Origin: an uncultured Ruminococcus sp.
GTDB lineage: Bacteria; Bacillota; Clostridia; Oscillospirales; CAG-272
Length of the DNA: 38,627 nucleotides
NCBI GenBank assembly: GCA_964588425.1
Contig: CAZPPN010000001.1
Span: forward strand, 1 to 38,627
Direction: 5' to 3'
In this document: positions 1 through 5,905 of the stretch, piece after piece
Position numbering within the stretch: the stretch's first letter is position 1
How the letters are laid out: every line of letters begins with the position of its first letter
Notes under the pieces: generated by a model
Told to the model about the DNA's origin: nothing
Databases searched by the model: none
The model's input: the letters and a program-made list of their open reading frames with translations, nothing else
Translations under genes and position numbers: made by a program

Positions 1-75
1 TTGCCGGAGTTTACCGCCGCTGATCTGTAGCCGGAGTTTACCGCCGCTGAGCTGTCTCCGGAGTTTACCGCTTTT
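1..75. repeat. 27-bp tandem repeat (gccggagtttaccgccgctgaNctgtN), coding; same array as 38498..38627
   Basis: Direct reading: about 2.7 units at the window start, in frame (9 aa per unit: SAAVNSG[YND][RSE] on the minus strand). Confidence 0.9.
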
Positions 76-509
76 ACTTCGTTCGGTATTTTTGCGATTT
101 TCTCTTTTATGTATTCAGTCTCAGCTTCCACAAGCCCGTCAATTCCGATTTTTGCGCCGATTTTTAGCTTTTTGGCGCAAAACTTCTCGTTGTCATCGGT
201 GTATGTCTCGTCAAGCGCTTCGACTTCGCAAAACTCGTTCAGATCGCCTTTAATGTTGCACGGCTCATAATATAGCAGCACGTCAAGCGGTCGGGCGCAG
301 AAGTGCATGCCTTTTTGGCAAATCTCCGCTTTTTTTTCCTCGAATACGGTGTTTTCGGCGTACTGCTTATCTAAGCACGTCATATCCGGGTTAAATCCTT
401 TGTAGCCTTTCATTTTCTTTTCCTCGCCGTCCGCAGCTTTCACCACCGTCTCAAACGGACGCGCATCGCGGTGATTCTTCAGTTTGAATTTCAGTCTGTA
501 TGTTTTCAT
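1..509 (-). CDS. N-terminal part of the junction-spanning gene: conserved N-domain (KGFNPDMTC...GMHFCARPLDVLLYY) followed by SAAVNSG nonapeptide repeats; continues at 38296..38627
   Basis: ATG at 507-509 with AAGAGGA upstream. The frame is open to the window edge. After collapsing the 49-bp overlap the frame runs into the ORF that stops at 38296 (792 nt, 263 aa). Confidence 0.75.
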   Translation of the reverse strand, partial: MKTYRLKFKLKNHRDARPFETVVKAADGEEKKMKGYKGFNPDMTCLDKQYAENTVFEEKKAEICQKGMHFCARPLDVLLYYEPCNIKGDLNEFCEVEALDETYTDDNEKFCAKKLKIGAKIGIDGLVEAETEYIKEKIAKIPNEVKAVNSGDSSAAVNSGYRSAAVNSG

Positions 510-552
510 GAATGTCCTCTTGATTTGGATTTTGTATTTTTGCAGTTAATAT

Positions 553-1485
553 CTACTTGTTTTTGTGAAATATCCCTTTATGCGTCTCACACCAATCATC
601 CCAATCAATAGTACGCCATTGACCCGAATATATATATTTCTGTGCCATAACATTTTGCCAATGTTCGGGCATTTCGCCAATTCTCATGTCTTTATATGGC
701 ATACCATAAATAGTTACAGATTTTAATTTGCGCATAGCATATATGCGTTGCAAATTATCATTCAAATCTTTTTTCAATAATATGTATATAAACAATTTTG
801 AGGTTGGTATCCCTTTTTCACAAAGAAGATCGGCCGCCCTGTACATACCTTCAATTTGCGGCTTCCTATCCACAGAAAACCGAATATATTTGATCCATTT
901 CAGTTCTGCAAATATGCCGGCAATTTCGGGGGTAATCGTAAATACACTTGTTGCTTGATTTATATCTATTCGATAATCTGTTTGGGATAGTTGTCGCAAT
1001 TGTTCAATTCCATGAGGATGAGATGTTATATTGTTATCCATCAACACAATTTTCTTTGTGTCGGGACGTACTATTTCTTGCCATTTTCTATATGGTTTTA
1101 TTTCGCCTTCTTTTTGAGGTACATAGCAGTTTTTGCATCTATTCGGACAACCTCGCGTTAAAAAACCAATTGCATAATCACAATCAGGATATATCGAATA
1201 GTCGGGAAACATATCATCTATTTCATCAGGCAGGTTCTCATAAATCCCATATCCTGTGCCCCCCTTTACTGTATGCTCTGGCAAATAAGGATTTTCAGGG
1301 GTAAAATCAAACACCTTACTTGAATATACTTTATCATACATCGAAGCGGATAGAGCGTTAAACCACTCAACAATATCACCTTGCTTTTTGTGATACGCAG
1401 ATATTTTCATCAATGCATAGTTGGGAAATTTGTCTTTTCTTTTCAAGTGTTCCGCATCAGCATCGTGCAATGCTATGTACATCAT
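553..1485 (-). CDS. Radical SAM enzyme with B12-binding-like N-terminal domain, function unknown
   Basis: CX3CX2C motif in GFLTRGCPNRCKNCYVP. N-terminal Rossmann-like segment FPNYALMKISAYHKKQGDIVEW. 4-nt overlap with the upstream ORF. Confidence 0.8.
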   Translation of the reverse strand: MMYIALHDADAEHLKRKDKFPNYALMKISAYHKKQGDIVEWFNALSASMYDKVYSSKVFDFTPENPYLPEHTVKGGTGYGIYENLPDEIDDMFPDYSIYPDCDYAIGFLTRGCPNRCKNCYVPQKEGEIKPYRKWQEIVRPDTKKIVLMDNNITSHPHGIEQLRQLSQTDYRIDINQATSVFTITPEIAGIFAELKWIKYIRFSVDRKPQIEGMYRAADLLCEKGIPTSKLFIYILLKKDLNDNLQRIYAMRKLKSVTIYGMPYKDMRIGEMPEHWQNVMAQKYIYSGQWRTIDWDDWCETHKGIFHKNK

Positions 1486-1817
1486 CTTCTCCTCCCGCAG
1501 CGTGCCGCACGTCTGATCTCGTCGGGCGTTACATACCCGAGTCGGCGCGGATCGGGATCGCGTTCATCAATGTACACATCACGTACCGCCGAACGTTTCC
1601 TGCCGCGCTCTGACGTTCCCGGATTTCTGTCGGGTGACATCACGGCAAGCATCACAAGGATCACAATGGACCACATCACACACTCAAGCGCAAGCACCGC
1701 ACGGCAGAGTGTGCCGAATTCCGCCGAATCCATCCCGATCAACGCCGCCGCACTCCCTCCGAAGATCAGCCAGTACAGCACAAATCCGACAGCTGTTTGG
1801 ATTTTGTTCGTTTTCAT
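1482..1817 (-). CDS. Small membrane protein (two predicted TM helices, Arg-rich C-terminal tail)
   Basis: Hydrophobic stretches AVGFVLYWLIFGGSAAALIG and VMWSIVILVMLAVM. Start and stop overlap both neighbours by 4 nt. Confidence 0.6.
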   Translation of the reverse strand: MKTNKIQTAVGFVLYWLIFGGSAAALIGMDSAEFGTLCRAVLALECVMWSIVILVMLAVMSPDRNPGTSERGRKRSAVRDVYIDERDPDPRRLGYVTPDEIRRAARCGRRR

Positions 1818-2050
1818 TCCGCAGCCTCCATCTCAAGCCAGCATTTTATGCATTTCTTGCAAATGTTTTCGTCAAAATCTTCGATATCAAAATCGCCGTA
1901 TTGGTTTTTTATCGTTTTCTTCTGCATACATCTGCCCGAATGATACATCGTATTGCATGGCTGATCCATACCGACTACTCCGTCACATATCATCTCCGCT
2001 AACTTCCCGGGTGTGTTACATGTTTCTATGATCTTATCAAAGTTTGTCAT
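1814..2050 (-). CDS. Cys-rich small protein (78 aa), unknown function
   Basis: ATG at 2050 preceded by GGAGGAAAGAAGA and overlapping the upstream stop (ATGA). 8 Cys, including a C-terminal CKKCIKC. The track start at 2137 lacks an RBS. Confidence 0.6.
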   Translation of the reverse strand: MTNFDKIIETCNTPGKLAEMICDGVVGMDQPCNTMYHSGRCMQKKTIKNQYGDFDIEDFDENICKKCIKCWLEMEAAE

Positions 2051-2475
2051 TCTTCTTTCCTCCTTAAATCTTCTTCCGTGCAGCCGAGAGCATCGCATAA
2101 CTGCCGTACTTTCACAGGCTTCGGATCTGCCGCGCACATCTCGTACAGGTGTACCGAATTAACACATATTCCTGCGGATACCGCAAGCTCCTTCTGAGTC
2201 ATTCCCGCTTTGAGGCGAACCCGCTTCAGTCCGGGCAGTCCTGTTTTTATCGGACGCTTCTTTGCCCGTTCGAGGTCTCTTTGATGCTTGGCAGTCATTA
2301 CGGCGAGATGCCTTTCCTCAGCCTGTCTCTTCTGTTCGCATAAGCATTTCCATGAACAGTAGTATTTGCCCCTCCGATCCCGATATGCCCATATGCTCGG
2401 ATCAAACAACCCGAACTCCCTGCCGCATATCGGGCACGACCGTCGGAAGTTGTTGTATATGTAGTCACGTTCCAT
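2047..2475 (-). CDS. Zn-ribbon plus C-terminal XRE-type HTH protein
   Basis: CPICG...CSWKC pairs. HTH segment GMTQKELAVSAGICVNSVHLYE. Internal ATG at 2475 chosen because the longer ORF overlaps the upstream gene by >140 nt. Confidence 0.6.
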   Translation of the reverse strand: MERDYIYNNFRRSCPICGREFGLFDPSIWAYRDRRGKYYCSWKCLCEQKRQAEERHLAVMTAKHQRDLERAKKRPIKTGLPGLKRVRLKAGMTQKELAVSAGICVNSVHLYEMCAADPKPVKVRQLCDALGCTEEDLRRKEE

Positions 2476-2980
2476 TGCCGTACGCCCTCGATGCTGCTGC
2501 AGCGAAAAATTCATCTGTATCAAAACTGCTCTCGCGTGACTCATCTTCGCTCTTTCCGTTGAGGTACTTTTCGAATTTCGGACCGAAAAGCGTCTCAGGG
2601 CAAAGATACTTCTCAAACCTTGTCCCCTGCCATTCGCGATATTTGACTTCTATAACCTTTTCAAAGTCCTCGCGTTTGAATCCCTCGTTTACTCTTGCAT
2701 TGATGAGTTTTTTTGTATTCGCAGAAGATGTACGATACTTTGTCCCGCAGATATGATTGAGATAACCGACGATGTATGATACTTCTTCAGGCGAAACACT
2801 CACCGTGCGCTTGTTGTCATGGTCGATGATCTTTGTCAGTTCTTCAAACTCATCATCCGAATCGCGCTGTCCGAGACCATATGACATTATGTACTCCATT
2901 GCGTCCGCTTTTCTGCACTCGGGGAGCATCACAAAAGCAGCCGCAAGTTTTCCGCTGAAAAGAAATTTTTTGTTTTCCAT
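2465..2980 (-). CDS. Replisome organizer / DnaD-like protein carrying the conserved phage C-terminal domain
   Basis: YLNHICGTKYR...LINARVNEGFKREDFEKVIEVKYREWQGT..EKYLCPETLFGPKFEKYLN matches my memory of the TIGR02220-type domain. Confidence 0.7.
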   Translation of the reverse strand: MENKKFLFSGKLAAAFVMLPECRKADAMEYIMSYGLGQRDSDDEFEELTKIIDHDNKRTVSVSPEEVSYIVGYLNHICGTKYRTSSANTKKLINARVNEGFKREDFEKVIEVKYREWQGTRFEKYLCPETLFGPKFEKYLNGKSEDESRESSFDTDEFFAAAASRAYGNGT

Positions 2981-2985
2981 ATTTT

Positions 2986-3270
2986 TTACTCCATGTTGAA
3001 TTTCTCGACTGTTGCCTCATATCGCTCTGCCATCCGCTTGAATTCTTCGAAATCGACAGGCTCAACATCTTTGATCTTCGCAATGCTGATCGAATTTCGG
3101 TTTTTGTCTTCGAGTTCAGCCTCTCCCCTCTCCGGCGGATAACCTCTGCGTAAAATCTCGTATTCAGTCGAATATCGAATAGCAAGCGCTGAAATACGGT
3201 TGTATCTGATTCCTTGGCATACCACCGGGATTCTCCACCTTGCCGCTAACTTTGCCTCATCAACCGTCAT
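2986..3270 (-). CDS. Hypothetical early protein
   Basis: 94-aa ORF in the tightly packed early operon; 4-nt overlap with the upstream ORF. Confidence 0.55.
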   Translation of the reverse strand: MTVDEAKLAARWRIPVVCQGIRYNRISALAIRYSTEYEILRRGYPPERGEAELEDKNRNSISIAKIKDVEPVDFEEFKRMAERYEATVEKFNME

Positions 3271-3500
3271 TCTGCTTCAAGCTCCTTTCTTCTTTGTTTT
3301 TCGATTTCCTTTTTGCGTTTTGCCACACACGCCGGAGAACCGGAACAGACTTCTTTCGTGCACGTCCTGCATATATCAGCATCTTTCATGCACTCTATCT
3401 TCTTGTTAGCTCTTGCTCCGTCTCCGCTGACTCTCTCACTGTCAAAAGCGTGAAAACATCCGTCAGCACCGCATGATCTTCTGATTGATCCTCTTGACAA
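3267..3500 (-). CDS. Hypothetical Cys-rich early protein (77 aa)
   Basis: TTG at 3500 preceded by AAGGAGGAATAAA. The longer track ORF (to 3644) would overlap the upstream gene by about 140 nt. Confidence 0.5.
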   Translation of the reverse strand: MSRGSIRRSCGADGCFHAFDSERVSGDGARANKKIECMKDADICRTCTKEVCSGSPACVAKRKKEIEKQRRKELEAE

Positions 3501-3501
3501 T

Positions 3502-3726
3502 TTATTCCTCCTTGTCTGCCGCAAGATGCTCACGAAACCATTCCTCGCCCAGCCGATCGAGAAGCGTTCGACTGAATCGGGCTGCGGCCTTGCGTAATGC
3601 TTCGTTGCGCTTTTCCTGCTGTTCGGGTGTCCTGACAGGATCATATACTATCGTTGTGCAGTTGTTTCCCGATATGTATGTTACGTTGTATTCGATCCCG
3701 TTTACTGTTTCTCTCTGACTTTCCAT
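3502..3726 (-). CDS. Hypothetical early protein
   Basis: ATG with AAGGAAGGTG 7 nt upstream; 74 aa. Confidence 0.6.
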   Translation of the reverse strand: MESQRETVNGIEYNVTYISGNNCTTIVYDPVRTPEQQEKRNEALRKAAARFSRTLLDRLGEEWFREHLAADKEE

Positions 3727-3788
3727 CCGTGAGCACCTTCCTTTCTTTACTTATTCAATCTTATTCCTGTAGTCTTTCGCTAATGCTG

Positions 3789-3965
3789 TCATGATGCCTT
3801 GTCATCTTTGCCTTCCTCGGGCGAAGTCTTTTTTCTGTTCTCCGCGATCTTGATGCCTGCTATGATGCCGTTGAGATGTGTAAGCGCAAGCTCCCTCTCG
3901 ATCGGCGTCATCTCGTTGAGTACGGCTACAATGTTTTCTGCGTTTGTTCTTTCTGCTGTTGTCAT
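3789..3965 (-). CDS. Small first gene of the early operon (58 aa, below the ORF-track cutoff); Cro/early-regulator position
   Basis: ATG at 3963-3965 preceded by GGAGGTCAGAAAA. Translation MTTAERTNAENIVAVLNEMTPIERELALTHLNGIIAGIKIAENRKKTSPEEGKDDKAS. No recognisable HTH, so the functional call is positional only. Confidence 0.55.
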   Translation of the reverse strand: MTTAERTNAENIVAVLNEMTPIERELALTHLNGIIAGIKIAENRKKTSPEEGKDDKAS

Positions 3966-3978
3966 TTTTCTGACCTCC

Positions 3979-4007
3979 TTGATTTTTGTTTTTGTTTGAG
4001 TTATAAT
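3979..4007 (+). promoter_or_regulatory. Sigma-A-type promoter, TTGATT-17 nt-TATAAT
   Basis: Read directly from the sequence; 45 nt upstream of the 4053 ORF. Confidence 0.6.
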
Positions 4008-4052
4008 GTGTTTAAGGTGGTGATTGCTTTGGATAACTACGATTACAAAATT

Positions 4053-4388
4053 ATGAATTTCATTTGTTCTTCAACATCTGATGTTGTTCGGATGTCCGAT
4101 ATTTCCGTGAAGTTCGGTGCTGCCGGACGCGAATCAGCCGTTTCCCTTTGTAAAAACAAACTTCTTTCATGGGCTTATTCGGAAGATGATATCTTTTCCC
4201 ATGATGAATACGGTATTATCAAACCCACACCGAAAGGCTTGCTTGAATACGAAAGGTTCAAATATAACCGCCAGCTCCGAAAAGGTGAGGTTTGGCGCGA
4301 ACGGATCTTCGGCTATGTCATCGGTGTGCTTACTCCGGTTACAGCATACCTTATCACAGAGTTCGTAATACCTCTATTATGTAAATAA
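4053..4388 (+). CDS. Tail-anchored (C-terminal TM) small protein, lysogeny-side accessory gene 'a'
   Basis: ATG at 4053 (alternative TTG at 4029 after AAGGTGG). C-terminal hydrophobic FGYVIGVLTPVTAYLITEFVIPLL. The track start at 3876 overlaps the divergent gene. Confidence 0.6.
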   Translation: MNFICSSTSDVVRMSDISVKFGAAGRESAVSLCKNKLLSWAYSEDDIFSHDEYGIIKPTPKGLLEYERFKYNRQLRKGEVWRERIFGYVIGVLTPVTAYLITEFVIPLLCK

Positions 4389-4458
4389 TCGCAAGCCCCG
4401 TAAAACTCCCTAAGAGGTAAAATATTATGGCTAAAAAATCGAACCCGTTGTCTTTCAC
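4354..4458 (-). CDS. 34-aa hydrophobic peptide ORF (MKDNGFDFLAIIFYLLGSFTGLAIIYIIEVLRTL), type I toxin-like
   Basis: GTG at 4458 preceded by AAGGAGGGCGAGAGG. The same RBS-start block recurs at 5226. One TM-length hydrophobic core. Its 3' end overlaps gene 'a' by 35 nt. Confidence 0.4.
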   Translation of the reverse strand: MKDNGFDFLAIIFYLLGSFTGLAIIYIIEVLRTL

Positions 4459-4478
4459 CCTCTCGCCCTCCTTGTGTG

Positions 4479-4507
4479 TTGATTTTCAAATGTGTTTGGT
4501 GTATAAT
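4479..4507 (+). promoter_or_regulatory. Sigma-A-type promoter, TTGATT-17 nt-TATAAT
   Basis: Read directly. Sequence-similar to the 3979 promoter (TTGATTTT...GTTTG..TATAATG). Confidence 0.55.
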
Positions 4508-4527
4508 GGCTATGGCTGTTGATTTCA

Positions 4528-4677
4528 TTATCTCGAGACTTTCAGCAACAGATCGCCAAGTTCCCGATATACTTTATGTACTGCGGATTCGATTGTCGGC
4601 TTTGGCTTCTCCGGAAAGTTCCGCTGATCTTCACTAAACCATATCTTAATCAGTTCATATATGTTCATTGCTTTCAT
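4528..4677 (-). CDS. Small hypothetical protein (49 aa; MKAMNIYELIKIWFSEDQRNFPEKPKPTIESAVHKVYRELGDLLLKVSR)
   Basis: Sub-threshold ORF. GAGAGGA lies 8 nt upstream of the second ATG (4668). Composition is more protein-like than the overlapping + strand ORF 4519..4716. Confidence 0.4.
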   Translation of the reverse strand: MKAMNIYELIKIWFSEDQRNFPEKPKPTIESAVHKVYRELGDLLLKVSR

Positions 4678-4739
4678 CCTCTCGCTCTTCTAATTTTTTA
4701 TTTTAATGATTTTTAATCAACCGCAGAAAGGATATGATT

Positions 4740-5126
4740 ATGTCTTTACAATCTAAAAAGGTCTTAAACGATCTTATAAGATGTCAACGCTTTGAGGGAA
4801 ACGAAATTTTTGTTGATTATGATTCTCAAACTATCGGGGGATTCCATGAAAATGAAGAAAGCGATTTATCTGTTAATTTTCGTTATCCGGAATCGGAAAT
4901 GATATCAATATTTAACCATCTTGCATCGGAAGATTATATTATTGATACATCCGGCGGATACTGGAATTGTCTGAGCGTTACCCACAAAGGAAATCACCAT
5001 ATTCAAACTGCCGTTTCAAAAATATTTAGGTTTTTGTCCGAATCGGTTGTTGTCCCTATAATTGTCGCGTTTCTGACTTCAGTTGTTTATAATCTCTTGG
5101 CTCGCTGGTTTCCGTGGCTCAGATAG
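4740..5126 (+). CDS. Tail-anchored (C-terminal TM) small protein, accessory gene 'b' (same architecture as 4053..4388)
   Basis: AAAGGA 7 nt upstream of the ATG at 4740 (the ATG at 4734 is too close). C-terminal VVVPIIVAFLTSVVYNLLARWF. Confidence 0.65.
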   Translation: MSLQSKKVLNDLIRCQRFEGNEIFVDYDSQTIGGFHENEESDLSVNFRYPESEMISIFNHLASEDYIIDTSGGYWNCLSVTHKGNHHIQTAVSKIFRFLSESVVVPIIVAFLTSVVYNLLARWFPWLR

Positions 5127-5226
5127 ATATTAACCAATCAAGAATAATGTTGCATATCAAACTTGCAATAAATGCCACGATTGAATTAAATAATATCGGA
5201 TGTTTTTTGCGAAATCTTTTATCCAC
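5119..5226 (-). CDS. 35-aa basic/hydrophobic peptide ORF ((M)DKRFRKKHPILFNSIVAFIASLICNIILDWLISI), type I toxin-like
   Basis: GTG at 5226 preceded by AGGAGGGCGAGAGG (a block identical to that at 4458). A consensus promoter lies 60-85 nt upstream. Its 3' end overlaps gene 'b' by 8 nt. Confidence 0.45.
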   Translation of the reverse strand: MDKRFRKKHPILFNSIVAFIASLICNIILDWLISI

Positions 5227-5284
5227 CCTCTCGCCCTCCTGTGTTTTTGACTCAAAATTCATCACATCTTTGTGTTGTGTACTC

Positions 5285-5313
5285 ATTATATCATATGGTT
5301 TTTGAGTTGTCAA
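5285..5313 (-). promoter_or_regulatory. Leftward consensus promoter TTGACA-17 nt-TATAAT
   Basis: On the plus strand: tgtcaa at 5308-5313 and attata at 5285-5290. Confidence 0.65.
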
Positions 5314-5358
5314 CCACTTTTTCAAAAAAATTAACTCAATATTTTTTCCCAGATTGAG

Positions 5359-5387
5359 TTGACAACTCTTTTTGAGTGTGCTATAAT
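5359..5387 (+). promoter_or_regulatory. Rightward consensus promoter TTGACA-17 nt-TATAAT for the XRE repressor gene
   Basis: Read directly. Its -35 lies in GTTGACAACTC, the inverted repeat of GAGTTGTCAAC, which holds the leftward -35. Confidence 0.7.
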
Positions 5388-5410
5388 ATATTCACACGGA
5401 GGTGAGGACT

Positions 5411-5797
5411 ATGAAAGATAGATTTAAGCTACTACGCAAAACACTAAATCTAACACAAACTGGCATGGGTGAAAAACTCGGAGTGAGTAGAGATGTCATC
5501 ACTAATATCGAACAAGGCCGAGTAGAAGCCAAACCAATTTTTATAACACATCTTTGCGAACTTTACGGCGTAAGTCAAACATGGCTTGAAACAGGCGAGG
5601 GCGAGATGTTTGAACCGCAGACACAGGATGAAGAACTTGCACAGCTGTTCGGTGATCTGCTCGGCGATCCCGATGACACTTTCAAAAAACGCTTCATAGC
5701 CGCCCTGCTCCAGCTCGATCCGAACGAATGGAGCGCAATTGAACAGTTCTGCCGCGCTGTAATCGACTCCCGAAACGAAAAAAAAGAGGACGGATGA
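5411..5797 (+). CDS. XRE-family HTH transcriptional repressor (CI-like, no S24 peptidase domain)
   Basis: GGAGGTGAGGACT precedes the ATG. HTH segment LTQTGMGEKLGVSRDVITNIEQGR. Sits at the divergent promoter region. Confidence 0.8.
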   Translation: MKDRFKLLRKTLNLTQTGMGEKLGVSRDVITNIEQGRVEAKPIFITHLCELYGVSQTWLETGEGEMFEPQTQDEELAQLFGDLLGDPDDTFKKRFIAALLQLDPNEWSAIEQFCRAVIDSRNEKKEDG

Positions 5798-5815
5798 AAA
5801 AATCTGTCCTCTTTT
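5786..5815 (+). terminator. Rho-independent terminator
   Basis: Stem gaggacgga/tctgtcctc (one G-U) followed by TTTT; overlaps the repressor stop codon. Confidence 0.6.
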
Positions 5816-5905
5816 GCTGTTTATTGCGTTTCCCCCTTGATATCTTATGCCGAAAGTAGTATAATTGTTTTATAAACTAAACATTGCATTTACGAGGATT
5901 TTTCT

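Noticed and set aside
1-75. Terminal 27-bp repeats as a CRISPR array or phage terminal repeat
   Set aside because: The units are contiguous with no spacers. They are in frame within a long ORF and encode a regular nonapeptide. The 49-bp end identity is best explained as an assembly overlap of a circular molecule.
553-2050. Radical SAM plus Cys-rich small protein as a RiPP (sactipeptide/ranthipeptide) cluster
   Set aside because: The enzyme has no SPASM/twitch auxiliary Cys cluster. There is no peptidase or transporter, and the 78-aa protein lacks an obvious leader/core layout. The context is a phage early operon. The idea is kept only as a remote possibility.
3799-4052. ORF 3799..3999 (+) and the long N-terminal extension of ORF 3876..4388
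   Set aside because: They overlap the RBS-supported minus-strand 58-aa gene and the promoter at 3979-4007. The translations are hydrophobic and low-complexity.
4428-4523. Plus-strand 31-aa ORF (MAKKSNPLSFTLSPSLCVDFQMCLVYNGYGC) as an alternative reading of the conserved block
   Set aside because: The second copy of the block has no equivalent plus-strand start or RBS. A 1-nt indel between the copies breaks the plus-strand frame just past the block. The minus-strand reading gives SD plus GTG in both copies. This is not fully excluded.
4519-4716. 65-aa plus-strand ORF
   Set aside because: It has no RBS and an aromatic/Leu-rich shadow-like composition. The opposite-strand 49-aa ORF has an RBS and a more protein-like sequence.
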